This document shows positions 40,380 through 54,199 of a DNA stretch of 64,000 nt, in pieces (the first letter of the stretch is position 1; every line of letters begins with the position of its first letter). The DNA comes from Octopus vulgaris (lineage: Eukaryota), in assembly GCA_951406725.2 (NCBI GenBank), contig OX597821.1, positions 52,700,001-52,764,000 on the forward strand. The letters are read 5' to 3'. Below the pieces are notes generated by a model. It was not told the DNA's origin. It worked only from the letters and a program-made list of their open reading frames with translations, and did not search any database. The translations under genes were made by a program, and so were the position numbers.

Positions 40380-41470
40380 TAAGGCAGTGTACCTACTAGC
40401 CGACGCAGCCCTCTCGTGACTGCGCTACTGTGCATGGAATTGTTACAGCCTAATGATAGCCACACCTGACAAAGCTCGTTAAATATCAATCAAAATATGC
40501 TGGAGGGAATGTAAGGTGAATGCATTTGGCGCTCCGTCACAAGTTCAATAATGATGAACTTCGAACGGGAGCATGAGGATGTGAAATTCTTCTTCAGATC
40601 AAGAAATATTAAGGTAACTTGTATATTGTTGCTTCAGGCCACCATTGAATATATTGCGAATTCTATGTAATATCAAGTGTGGTGCTAGCGTTGCAAATAG
40701 GGAAAGACATCCACGGAAAACTATCTGAAAAACACGAAAGTGTATGCTGTGATACGTGTGAAACGATGACTAAATGTCAGTGAAGTTATCAATGGACATC
40801 TATAAATGATGCCACATGATTTTAGAAAAAAATGAATGCTTTTTCAACGAAATTTCTACACCATCTGCTGAAAAGCGAACAAAGTGAAAGCAAAATGGTG
40901 TTGAACGGTCCCATTGCCCACAACATGCAAATAATTTGTTAAAAGTTCTAACAAGCGACGGAGCTCAGATATGCGGTTTCGCTGTTGGAAAAAAAGGGCA
41001 GTCATCAAAAGGGCTTGATTCGACGTGGCTACAAGTAGAAAGAAAGAAAGGAACACATCAGGATCTTGCTAATATAGACTGCCCTCTTTGTAATTTTAAG
41101 CGCTATTTATTGTGAATTTGCTTATGTGACTTGATGAATAATATAATTATTTACTTGGATATTCCGAGGGAGAAATGTGTATGAAAAACCCGGAGGTATG
41201 AAAGAACAACTCATATTCTCTCTCATTTATAAGTCTCTCGCCACGATTCTCTCCGGCGCCACAGATTTCTCATTGATTATGATTTTGAAATCTACCCTGA
41301 AAAGATCTCAAATTTTAGTCAAGGGAAAATATTATGGAAACTTCCTAAAGAGTACAGTACATTCCACTTCAAAATCACACCAACACATGTACAAAAAATG
41401 GAATTTCTTGTGAGCTGGATATAAACGTTGAAGGGAACAATGCTAAACCAAACAAGACTGATTAAATTTT
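40380..41470 (+). pseudogene. Highly decayed mariner-like transposase remnant
   Basis: 'LSGATDFSLIMILKSTLKRSQI' (ORF 41177) resembles 'DLAP.DF.LF..LK..LKG..F'. 'DIHGKLSE' (~40706) resembles the HTH region, and 'INVEGNNA' (~41420) resembles the terminal 'CI..EG.Y'. Confidence 0.4.
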
Positions 41471-42035
41471 AAGAGGAACAATGAAATCCTGTTCTTCAAA
41501 GACATTGTTTGAGGAGAATTTATGCAGAAGGTTAACATTTAGTTATATCAACTCAAAACTGTTTGCAGTCAAATTAACTGAGACACATATAAGTGTTTCC
41601 TTGCGTAGCAGAATATAGTATATAATTCAATAAAATACAACATGAAGTTGGATATATAGTTCTCATATAAATTAACGTTTTTGAAATAACATTTTTTCTT
41701 CGGCTAGTCCTCGATGTTATTGCCAACAGCAAATTGAGTGAAGAAATAAAAAGGTTTTTGACTTTCAAATTAAAATGTAAAAAGTATTCCTACCAATAAA
41801 AGAGTGTAAAACAAAACTAAGACAAAATCTAAACAAATAAATGCAAAACAAAATGCAAATTTACAAAAGCAAACTTAATTCTCTGAGAGACGTTGCTAAA
41901 TACAGAAAGGAATATTCTATGTATAAAGACATTTCGTGTTTTAGCATATTGCCTATAATCAAGTCTAAGTCAATTATAATATTCTACTGAAATATTTACA
42001 TATTTTTAAAGAAATGAAACATATGTTAGTGTGTG

Positions 42036-42090
<55 letters not shown>

Positions 42091-42372
42091 GTGGAGGTGC
42101 AATGGCCCAGTGGTTAGGGCAGCGGACTCGCGGTTTCGATTCCCAGATCGGGTGTTGTGTGTGTTTATTGAGCGAAAACACCTAAAAAGCTCCACGAGGC
42201 TCCGGCAGGGGTTGGTGATCCATGCTGTACTCTTTCACCACTCTTTCTCTCTTTCTTCTGTTGGCCTGCTCGCTTAGCCAGCGGGGTGGCGTCATTCGAA
42301 GGCTAAAACAATGCGAACGCATTGTGACCAGCAATGTGTTGCAACATCTGATGGTCTGGTCGGTCACGTGAT

Positions 42373-42379
<7 letters not shown>
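42091..42379 (+). mobile_element. tRNA(Arg)-like SINE, head A + RTE-derived tail X, ending (tcacgtga)2 in (TA)n
   Basis: A box 'tggcccagtgg', TCG anticodon-like loop and B box 'gtttcgattccc'. The 3' end is homologous to the LINE end at 23354-23410. Confidence 0.88.
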
Positions 42380-42404
<25 letters not shown>

Positions 42405-42504
42405 GTCTGAATAAATATTCAAATATGCATACACACACACACACCCTAATACATATATATATATACGTGACCAATATGCATGTACGTCTCTCTCTCTCTC
42501 TCTC

Positions 42505-42547
<43 letters not shown>

Positions 42548-42566
42548 AGATAGATAGATAGATATG

Positions 42567-42905
42567 TATACAAAATGGGACAAGAGTGCAAAACGTCCAG
42601 ACAGTTACGTGATACAAGAAAGAGACAACAAAACACATAGACAGACGATACAAAGAAAACAAGGGCGGGTCATTCGGAATTTCTTTCCTCAGTCGAGTTC
42701 CTGATATCTTTGTAACTTCAGCTGGTTATACTCGAGATTTCTCCAATCCGGCCAACCCTAAGGAAAAACTAAGCTAAGAGCATTAGATTCCTTGGAAAAA
42801 AGCGGCGAATATATACGAAAACAAGGACGGAAAAAACGTGGATGATTTGTTGTCCCTCTCTTGCATTACCTAACTGTCTGGATGTTTTGCGTTCTTGTCC
42901 CATTT

Positions 42906-42911
<6 letters not shown>
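42567..42911. mobile_element. 345-bp element with 66-bp terminal inverted repeats, embedded in (TA)n; probably PLE-derived
   Basis: Left 'tatacaaaatgggacaagagtgcaaaacgtccagacagttacgtgatacaagaaagagacaacaaa' vs reverse complement of right 'tatacaaaatgggacaagaacgcaaaacatccagacagttaggtaatgcaagagagggacaacaaa'. The interior is related to 45165-45440. Confidence 0.8.
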
Positions 42912-42968
<57 letters not shown>

Positions 42969-43008
42969 AATATATACATACATACATGCATACATACATA
43001 CATACATA

Positions 43009-43053
<45 letters not shown>

Positions 43054-43078
43054 GTACACACATACATAAATGAATATG

Positions 43079-43113
<35 letters not shown>

Positions 43114-44014
43114 GTGTGTGTATTATAGAAGTACACGTCCGTCTGTATATGGTTATTTATAAAGATATCCTGTAACAGTGTTAATACCTGCATTATATAC
43201 ATAGATTAAGTAGTTCAGTTGAAATTATACTGAATTGAGTTCAACTTTTTCTCTCACCGTTTCCGGCTCCGTAAGTTAAATGCATTTTGAGCTTCTCTCC
43301 TACCTCTCTTTCTGAGAATTGACTATAATGTGATCCCAGTAGGATCGTGGTAAATCAGTCAGCGAGTACTCCAGGAATGAAGCTACCTGTGCAAAGGGAC
43401 CACGGATTTCTTCCCGCTGAAAATAAAGCTTATATTGAGCGAGTATGGACCAATATATAGAGTACTACGAAACACGGAACGTTAATACTAACTATATAAG
43501 GACACATGATATAATATATTATATAATATAACGTATATACGTATGTTTCGTTAAATGTATGTGCGTATGTATGTATGTATGTATGTATGTATGTATGTAT
43601 GTATGTATGTATGTGAATGAAAGGTTTAAAACTAATATTTCACAGTTTAAAACTAAATAAATCCGTAAGTAAAAGACAGACAATTACTTCTAACTTTGAA
43701 TATATTTGAATATCTATTAGAAGATGAGTTTAATAAAATTTCAAACCATATTTTTTTATGAGAGTATGAAACTATTCCAAGACTTTCTAAATATGATATG
43801 TATTTAAAGTGCTTTGATCTCTTCGTCTGCATAACAGCTATCTATGTTTAGGAACAAATAATAAAAAATTATCATATGATTTTATTCAGGTATTACCATT
43901 ATTATACCATTTCATAGATATGAAGAAAATAGAATAGCATCTCTAATCTCATAAAATGTATGTATTGCTGTGATATAACTATATATGTATATATATATAT
44001 ATAAAATATATGTA

Positions 44015-44063
<49 letters not shown>

Positions 44064-44099
44064 GTAGATATATATATATATAGACATATATATATATGT

Positions 44100-44143
<44 letters not shown>

Positions 44144-44964
44144 GTAGATATATATATATATGTAGATATATATATGTATATATGTACATGACCGCAGCTG
44201 CATGGTTGGACTATACAAAAGAATAAAAGAATGAATACACAGACACACACACACGCACACACACACGCACACACACACACACACACACATATATTTACAT
44301 TTAGATAGATAGATATCTTTTACTTCGTCTGCAGTATTTTTGTTGAACAAGTCGATACCAAACTTACGTTTTGGTATGCGTGGTACTTATTCTACCATGT
44401 TCTTCTACTATGTTACAGGGACTTCACCAAACCAACATCTACCCTCAACCCCCCACACACACATCCATCCATCCATCCATTTCTCACTCTCTCGTATATT
44501 TTACTGGTTTCAGTCATGTATCGAATCTAATGCTTATTTTGTTGTTTTTTTTTGCTCTCATAGATTTTGAAATTTTAAATTGAAGTGTAAATTCTCAAGT
44601 TTCGTACAATGATGAAAATTGGTGTAATTTTTCGCGATGAATACAGTTTTGCTATTCATTTATTCCAGAAAAAGATTTTTGGCAAAATACTACAGAGGGT
44701 TAAATTTTGGTGCTTGTTACCCACTCAGGAAACAAGATTAAGAAGCTGGCATTTTCTACGTGAAAGCAGTCTATCACTAATTGAAAGTAAAAACATTACG
44801 ACTACGAATTATTAATAAATTAATGGAAGACGAAACATTACGAAGACGAAAGTTGTAAGGAAGTTTGAAGTTTTTATAAGTATTAATGAAAAAAGTCAAG
44901 TGAAATCGACAGGCATGAAAATATTTTAAAAAGGAAAAAATGCTCAACAAAATATTTTTGAGAA

Positions 44965-45080
44965 AACTATCCCCCCACCACCACCACCCGGGCGATAGTA
45001 GAAGACACTTGCCAAACGTGACACGGAGTGAAATTGAACCTAGAATCATGCGGCTGGCAAGCAAAAATCTTATCATACAT
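44965..45080 (-). mobile_element. Family D SINE 5' fragment
   Basis: 'atagtagaagacacttgcc...gtgaaattgaacctagaatcatgcggctggcaagcaa'. Confidence 0.65.
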
Positions 45081-45164
45081 ACACACACGCAAACATACAC
45101 ACATATCACGCACACACATGCCTTTAATAAAGTAAACAGCAGTTTCTACGGTCCGCCGCAGTGA

Positions 45165-45440
45165 TAAATTAAGGGTAGGACAGAAAGAATACAAGCCGAA
45201 TCCAACAAAACATAACATGCGGAAAAATAGACGATAAAATAACAAACAGTAAACAGGATAAAAACAAGATACGCGGATCATTCGCAGCCGATTTACTTCT
45301 TCAGTCAGTGTCCGGAATATCGTTGCAGTTTCGGACTTTTCTATTACTGAGACTGCTCGAACCCGGCAAGTGCCAGGGACTGTAGCTAAAAACATTAAGT
45401 CTCTGTGAAAAGCAAACGAATGTATACAAGAGCGAAAGCA
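45165..45440 (-). mobile_element. Repeat related to the interior of 42567-42911
   Basis: Shared collinear blocks: 'aaaacaag...g(g/a)tcattcg...ttc(c/t)tcagtc..(g/t)tcc.ga.tatc.ttg.a..ttc.g...gaga.t.ctc.aa.ccggc.a...agctaa.a.catta'. Confidence 0.55.
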
Positions 45441-45664
45441 AGCACTGAAGTTAGAATTATAAGAAAGCTAGAATTATACTCGTACAACAGACACACGTCT
45501 TTCGGCTATAGAACAGAAGGAAAATAATGGTACGTTTAGGAATACAAATAAATAAATAACAGAAATAGTCTTTCAAATATCGTACGAACGTAAAGTTATG
45601 AAATAATAATGCAAGTGCAACAGAAAATAATTATACATACACAATGGACAAACGCCTTTCGGCT

Positions 45665-45702
<38 letters not shown>

Positions 45703-46445
45703 CACACACACACATATATAAGTGTGTGTGTACATATACGTGTATGTATATGTATGTGTGAGTGTGTATTTAAACTCTGTTCAAGTAATTAAAGTACTAG
45801 TAAAAAGAAAAAAAGAAAAAAGAGACACATGTGCCATTATCGGTATTCTAAGCACACAATCTCGGAGGATCCAATATAAGAAAAAAAAAGAAAAAGAAAT
45901 ATTCTTAGTACTAAATTCACTATTCGTCGTATTGAAAGAAGCCTTTACATAGAAGGAAGGAATGTACCGTATCAATTTACTAGTCTCTATGCTTATTAGT
46001 TGACCAACATCATAATATTATAGAAATTATCGACTAGAACTCCACGTGTCGTCATGAAATTATTTCCAAGTAGAACATGTTATCTCATGTTCCAATTTAA
46101 TCGTAAATCTTGTCGAAATCAATGGAAGAGAAGGTTGTCATCGTTTATAACTATTCCAAGAATATTTTATGTCTCTGAAATAGCTACACCATAGAATGGA
46201 ATCGTGTCCCACTACTCGACGGCAATCATATGCTCTATTTTACACGCACGCACATACAAACGCACACTCACACAGACACGTACACATACAAACACATACA
46301 CACATACAATTATGTATATATATATTTAGTTGAAAACTGAAGAAAACGTAGAAAGCAAAAAGCGATAGATAGAAGCTGGTGAGAGAGCAATAAGCAAGAC
46401 GTGTTACCGTCAAACTAATACACTTTGTTGTTCCTTCATCTTATA

Positions 46446-46875
46446 CTCTTACTCTTTACTCTTTCACTTGTTTCAGTCATTTGACTGTGGCCATGCTGGA
46501 GCACCGCCTTTACTCGAGCAAATCGACCCCAGGACTTATTATTTTTTGTAAGCCTAGTACTTACTCTATCGGTCTCTTTCGCCGAACCGCTAGGATACTG
46601 GGACGTACACACACGAGCATCGGCTGTCAAGCGATGTTGGGGTGTGAACAAGCACAGACACACAAAAATATACACACACACACATACATATACGCGCACA
46701 CACATACATACATATACAGGCTTCTTTCTGTTTCCGTCTACCAAATCCACTCACAAAGCTTTGGTCGGCCCGAGGCTAAAGTAGAAGATACTTGCCTAAG
46801 GTGCTACGCAGTGGGACTGAACCCGAAACCATGTGGTTAGTGAGCAAGCTACTTAACGCACAGCCACTCCTACGT
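46446..46875 (-). mobile_element. Well-preserved family D SINE
   Basis: Minus-strand head 'aggagtggctgtgcgttaagtagcttgctcactaaccacatggtttcgggttcagtcccactgcg', internal (TG)/(TA) tract and an (aaagagt)n tail. Confidence 0.9.
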
Positions 46876-47103
46876 CTTTTTATTTTGAATCATATATAAT
46901 ATATGCTCATGTGTTCACTGTAGCTTGATCGTGCTTGATTGACGAAACTCCTCTCTTGGTCTTGGTCACACATATCCTTTCCTTCCATCTTCTTGGAACT
47001 TTGCTACCTCTCCTCAATTGATTTATCACTTATCCACCCGGATTACTATTGAGATTTCATACTTCTCGGATTCTACCATGGATCTTACTGTTCACTGCCG
47101 TTG

Positions 47104-47360
47104 ATGTATGCATGTATGTATGTATGTATGTATGTATGTATGTATGTATGTATGTATGTATGTATGTATGTATGTATGTATGTATGTATGTATGTATGCA
47201 TGTATGTGTGTATGTATTTATGTATGTATGTATGTATGTATGTATGTATGTATGTATGTATGTATGTATGTATGTATGTATGTATGTATGTATGTATGTA
47301 TGTATGTATGTATGTATGTATGTATGTATGTATGTATGTATGTATATATGTATGTATGCA
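47104..47360. repeat. (TATG)n microsatellite
   Basis: Seen directly. Confidence 0.97.
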
Positions 47361-47697
47361 TGTTTATATATCATTATTCAGTTTTATTTCAAAATTTTTT
47401 GTCAATAGAGAAAAAAATGGCTTCTAATCTAGATCCAAGTCTCCTTTGTTGCGATTTCAACAACATCAACAGAATATTTTTGGATATATGTGTGTATAAG
47501 TGCAATATTTTCTGCCAGTGTATGTGAATATTTCTATGGTTTGCTTTACGTATGTATATTCTTATGCATATAGTTGTATGCCTCGACCTACGCAAATATA
47601 CTGAGATGATATACTTCTGGTAAGTTCTACACATTTTTACAATTCCAATGATGACTTGGATCTGTAGCTTTCGAATCAGATCTCTCCTTTCTGGTTT

Positions 47698-47943
<246 letters not shown>

Positions 47944-49295
47944 TTGTAATCACATTTATTTCTATTTCGAAGACCATTCCGAAAATGTCTAGATTAGAGA
48001 AAATTTTAAATGTATGGTGCTTCACTCAAACAATGGCAGAGCTTAACACCATCACCTGCCTTTGGTGGAATTAATTCTCCTGGAAACATTCACGCCGTCT
48101 TTTTTCTGGTGTGAAAATAATCCTCTTCCTTCCCCCTACCGTCTCTAAGGTCATTAAATGCTGAAGGATGATGCTTTTCTTTCTCTGAATAATGCATATC
48201 CATAAAGAAACTGTCAACGAGTGATCAGGTTATACTGGTGTTTTCCAAGGAAGCTTAAACATTCTCTCTGCTGCTAAATACAGGGAGAGAGAGAGGAAGA
48301 GAGAGAGAGAGAGAGAGTGATAATAGGGGAAGGAATGGGAGATAAAAGGGGGAAAGTGAGAGAGGAATGAGAGAGAGATCGAAAGTCTCAGAAACTGGAT
48401 GTGAAAGGCTCGTAGATATACAGATATATGTGTTCGTATGGGTAGGTGACTGCGCTTGTGTGTGATTGTGCGTGTGGGTAAATGTGTGAGAATGTGTGTC
48501 AATTGCAACAAAAGAGTTCTTGTACCAAGTATATATAGTGAAACTAGCCTAGCTACACATTCCCACAACCATCTTTACTACTGAAGGAACAACGAAATTT
48601 ACTAAACTGGGGATCAAATGTAGCCGCCATTGTAAACAGCATTAATCTTTTATTTCAACTGTGTACAGTTCTTCGCAAGTGAAGTCGAAACACCGACACA
48701 TTTTCGCAATGAGTAGATTCCATTATACATCAACCTCCCAATGTGTATTTTTGTGTTTTATTTATATAGTTTGACGATGCTGATCATCATTAGCATGGCC
48801 CACATTTATAGCAGAGCTTTCTGCTATTATCCTTCCTTCTTTTGCGTGCTTATGTACACGCGTGGAAGAGAAAGAGAGGGAGAGAGAGAGAGTGTCAGAG
48901 ACAAGGAAGGGGAGAACTCGACCTTAATAGTGACTGGTAATTTATTTCTCGATTCTCACATTATATGACACAAAGTGGATTTCAGTGGAATTCGAAACCA
49001 GAAGGCAGAAAGCCAGAATAAATGCCGAACAGATTTTAATAGATTGCTCTCAAAACTGTGACAGTTCATCATATGAACTAATGGCAATATATGTATTTGA
49101 GGAAGTACAAATACTGTAAATAGATTTAATTATGTGATAAGGGTCAGACATTATAAGTAAACGGATATTATTAATTTTATTATTGCGGAATATACGTGAG
49201 ACAAATTAGGACGTCTTTCAGTCTAATTTAACTTCGTCTAGAAATATTGAATTTACAGTTCTATATTTAAGAGATGAGGAATTATGTACATTATA

Positions 49296-49450
49296 TACAT
49301 TATTTACATTTGACGGATATTTGTCCACATCTTGTTTGTTGTAAACATAAAGTTTCAGTCGATTTACCCTCCAGCCTTCAACAAGTGTCAGGGGAAATTT
49401 CGATACTGTGTTCTCATTCCTAAGGTATTTTTCAATGTTGCTGTTGTTGT

Positions 49451-49483
<33 letters not shown>

Positions 49484-49493
49484 TATTATTATT

Positions 49494-49525
<32 letters not shown>

Positions 49526-49679
49526 TATTATTATAACATCGAAAAATACCTTAGGATTGAGGATCCAGGTTCGAAATTTCTCCATGGTACCTGATGAAGG
49601 CTGGAGGGTATATCAGCCGAAACGTTGTGTTAACAACAAAATAGATCAGAACAAATATCCGTCAAATGGAAATAATGTA
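49296..49679. mobile_element. Head-to-head inverted pair of ~145-bp hammerhead-containing PLE pLTR-like units around a (GTT)(ATT)(ATC) spacer
   Basis: Arms 49296-49439 and 49535-49679 are reverse complements, e.g. tacattatttacatttgacggatatttgt / acaaatatccgtcaaatggaaataatgta and cctaaggtatttttc / gaaaaataccttagg. Confidence 0.88.
49586..49631 (+). ncRNA. Minimal type I hammerhead ribozyme motif
   Basis: ggtac-CTGATGA-a-ggctg(gagggtatat)cagcc-GAAAC-GTT-gtgtt. Both catalytic boxes are canonical, stem II is 5 bp, and stem III is the palindrome AACGTT. The left-arm copy supplies stem I as gacac/gtgtt. Confidence 0.75.
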
Positions 49680-49799
49680 AATAAATGTTGCATATGTTGT
49701 GGCAAATGCGTTTCTGATCATGTAAGAAACTTAATTGTTTTTGTCCCTAAATTAATCGCTGAATGTTTTTTTTCTAAATTATTTTGAAGAAAAAAATAT

Positions 49800-49990
49800 A
49801 TTTTCTACTCTAGACACAAGGCCCGAAATTTGGGGGGAAGGGGCCAGTCGATTAGATCGACCCTAAAATGCAATTGGTACTTATTTAATCGACCCCGAAA
49901 GGATGAAAGGCAACGGCGACCTCGGCAGAATTTGAACTCAGAACGTAGCGGCAGGCGAAATAATGCTTGAGCAGCGACTAACTCATCAGC
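49800..49990 (-). mobile_element. Family C SINE, well preserved
   Basis: 'cacaaggcccgaaatttggggggaaggggccagtcgattagatcgaccc...ggtacttatttaatcgaccccgaaaggatgaaaggcaacggcgacctcggcagaatttgaactcagaacg'. Confidence 0.85.
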
Positions 49991-50490
49991 ATCGTGAAAT
50001 AGTACTGTTGACCATTTGAGACGTTAACATTCGCATTATAACCAATAATGTTACGACACTGCGGCTTGGGATCATTTTTATGCAAAGAAAACACGCACTA
50101 TTCGTAGTCCCTCTTTTCATTGTTTATTAAGAATAAGCAACCAGCACTATCTTAAAAACATACACGCATACATATATAAGAGTGTGAGGGGAGATAAGTG
50201 ATAGAATCCTGCAAAAAAACAATACAAAACTACAATATAGATTTTGGTAATATGATTACTGCTGTTTTAAAGTCGTTAATCATGCTCTTTATCAATGACT
50301 TTGTTTTATCCATTTCGAAGAGTCTAAAACGGTGAAAAATATATGTCTTAAATATGCATACTTTATTTCATAAAGCTCCGGATGCTACAACCTATAACTT
50401 GTGACTCATATTAATGCGCTAATATTGATATTTTGACTCCGTCTATATAAAATATTATATAAAACTATATGTATAGTTTTAAAACATTAC

Positions 50491-50610
<120 letters not shown>

Positions 50611-52049
50611 AGCGTGGGAGAGTGATAGAGAGATATATATTAGCTGCCATTCTTTGTTTAGAAATTAGACAAACGAATGACTAAATGATCTTTGTTTCAT
50701 TTTGACATATTCCGTTATATGATATTGTATTATGCCATTTCTTCTGGCAATGCAGCATGATGATATGTTCCACAATACCATAGAGTAAAGTTCTACTTAT
50801 GTCAAGAGAAATTATTACTAGTTCTTCTTTTAGGCTGTTGCTTTGTTGAGCATCGAAGAAACGGTTTCTCATATTTAGTTACGGGCCTGTATGTTTTCAG
50901 CTCGAATCTCCCCGGTGTCACTTTTACCATTCTTCCTTCTTGGTCGGAGTAAATAAAGGTACCAGTCAAATACTAGGTGGAATTTATATTCCTCTAATGC
51001 ATCCTAGATGTGGATAAAATTATAAGACAAAAGAAAAGGAGAAGAAAAACGAGGAGAGGGAGAATAAGTATATAAAAATGAAAAGAATGAAGCTGAGAAT
51101 CTAATGCATATCATGGATGGATTTCTGTCGTAACTTTTCATATTCCAATTGTGTTTTGCTTCATCACAATTATCACTGAGTGTAATATTTTCAAATTCAA
51201 TGACCAGAAAAATATATATCTTTCTTTATGTTGTTTAATGTTACACAATTCATATCAGATCAATTTTAACAATTAACACATTTGTGAAATCCACATAATT
51301 TTGCGCACATGAAATCAACGAAACGTTATTCCAATCGCTATATTAAAGTGTTAATAAGATACAGGAATATGTGTATCAGTTATAAAATACCAAAGGGTAA
51401 GTACAAATAAGTGTCCCAGCTGCAAATTATATGATCAGCTCAGAACAAAAAACAGTCCCGCATGTATTATTGCCTTGAGTCATACCAAATTCGTTAGTGT
51501 TTTAGTTTAATCACCTACTCGACCTCGAAGTTCACTGAGTAAATTGTGTGAGTAATTAGGTTCTTATGTGTGAAATACGAACAGAGTCTAAAAAGACGTG
51601 CAAGTTATATATCCTGAAGATTTTATCTTTCCTACCTCAAAGCGTATATTTAATAAAAATATAATGAAATAGTTCAACTAAAGATATTTCAGCTGAACAA
51701 TTAGCTTTCACTTTTTTTCCATACAATATACTGACAAACACACATGTCTATCGCTCATAAATACAGACAGCCATAATGACATTGTTTTTTTCTTCTTCAA
51801 AGATTATTTATCACTTTCAGCAATAAAAGCCCTGATAAAATCTTCACACAAAAGAATGGAATTGATATTGAAAATATAGTTATACGGAGATAAACAGACT
51901 TCCGTGAAACTATAAATTTTGTTTACAGATAAGCGTTAGGAATCTGTCTGTGGATATTACTATCCTTAAGGAATATAGGAGAATTCTAGTTACGCTTCGT
52001 TATTGTAACTTCTTTACATTTTAACTGGGGGTGATTATCTCAGCTTAAT

Positions 52050-52087
52050 CACATAGGTGTATACACATAGGTGTATACACATAGGTG
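52050..52087. repeat. 14-bp tandem repeat x2.7
   Basis: cacataggtgtata repeated. Confidence 0.9.
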
Positions 52088-52601
52088 ATGTATGCGCGTG
52101 TGAGAAAATTGCATAGGTTATTCATTTACGTAATTGGTCTCTGACTAATGATCTAAGGATTTTAACAATACTACAAGGCTAACCATTTATTGCTTGGTTG
52201 AACTAATTGCAAGTGTCACACACACACACACACACACACAAGCACACACACACACAAGCACACACACCTCTATATATTTATCTGTCTGACTATGTATCTA
52301 TCTACACTTCTCTCTCAGTCTCCCTGCATATATATATACATATATATACATATATACATTCATATATATATAAGAGTATGTATGAATATATACATATATA
52401 TATATATATGTATGTGTGTACATATGTAGATATATTTATATTAAATAATAATAATAATGATATTAAGGAGTATAACTCCAAACTTACAGGGAAAAATTCA
52501 ATTTAGTATAAAATCAAATTTCACAATATAAATATATTTTTTCTTTATAATTTGGTTTATGTCGTTCATTGTTTGAATTACATAATAGTGGTTTTCCTCT
52601 C

Positions 52602-52731
<130 letters not shown>

Positions 52732-52767
52732 ATATATGTACGCACATATATGTATAAATGTGCTTTT

Positions 52768-53120
52768 TGGCACAAGCGCGGCTACATAGTAAGAAGTTTG
52801 TTTCTCAACCATATGGTTATGAGTATAGTCCCACAATGTGGAACCTAATGCATTTAACATCTACTACAGCCTGCATGTGGCTATAGATTTGTGAGTGGGT
52901 TTCGTAGATGGAAACTGAAAGAAGCCCGTCAAATAACTGTATGTGTGTCTGCGTTTGTTCCCTACCACCTCTTGACACCCGTTTCTGGTGTTTACGTTCC
53001 TGTAACTGAGAATTATATAATAAGTATCAAGGTTAAAGAATAAATAAGTACTTGGGACGATCCGCTCCGCTAAAATTCTTCAAAGTGCCCCAGCAACAGT
53101 GCACTCTAATAACTGAAGTA
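52768..53120 (+). mobile_element. Family D SINE, diverged
   Basis: 'ggcacaagcgcggctacatagtaagaagtttg...agtcccac...tagatggaaactgaaagaagcccgtc...aataagtacttggg...actgaa'. Confidence 0.72.
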
Positions 53121-53148
53121 ACATACATACATATATATATATATACAT

Positions 53149-53193
<45 letters not shown>

Positions 53194-53196
53194 CAT

Positions 53197-53246
<50 letters not shown>

Positions 53247-53969
53247 ATGTATATATAAGTGTACAAATACTAATACATATATGTATATGTGTATACGTAT
53301 ATGTATGCATGCATATGTATATATATATATATATAAATATATACATACATACATATATACATATATAGGTGTAAAGAGAGAGAGAGAGAGAGGAGAGAGA
53401 AAGTAGGAGAGAAAGGGAGAGAGTAGAAGGTATGGATATGTGGGTATGTATAAGTATGTATAAGTAATTAAGCATCAATGAAAATGAAGATAAGTGTAAA
53501 TGAAATAATATGAGAGATTAATTGCTAATGGAGCTGAGTGCAAATTGAAATTTTGTAATTTCTTATTTTAAGACTTTAGTAGCCGGATAAAAAAATTCCG
53601 ACATAAAACAGGAAACCGCTGATATGAAATTTCAGCGATTCATACAAAAACACTAACTACCTGTACAGATTGGTTGCAGGTACAAGAAAAAAATTTAAAA
53701 AAACAGTACAAATTATATAATAGTAGGTTAACTGCGAGTAGGTTAACTGTTGTTCTGTGCAGTTAAATACATTCATGAAATGCATTCAAATTTTTATAAA
53801 AATAGAGCATAAAAAAAATATATATATATAAAAGACAGAAAAAGATTGGGAAATAGAGGGTGAAAAATTATTGTCGAATTTTAATGCTTCCAAAATGCTA
53901 TTCATACATAAAACTCTTTTCTGAAATATTAAACAGCTTTAAATTTTTACCTTGTAACGCATTGATACA

Positions 53970-54005
<36 letters not shown>

Positions 54006-54199
54006 ACAAAGAAAGTAATGGAGCGGGAAAAAACCCCCTCAAAATCCAAAACGAAACACTAAAATGAAAAATAAAAAAAAAACAAAGAAAGTAGTAGAGA
54101 TTAAATTAATTGAAATAAGTGTATATTAGAATAAATCGAAAAAGTAGTTACTAACAGATGAAGTGAGACATAGACAGAGTATATAATAGTGTAAGAAAT

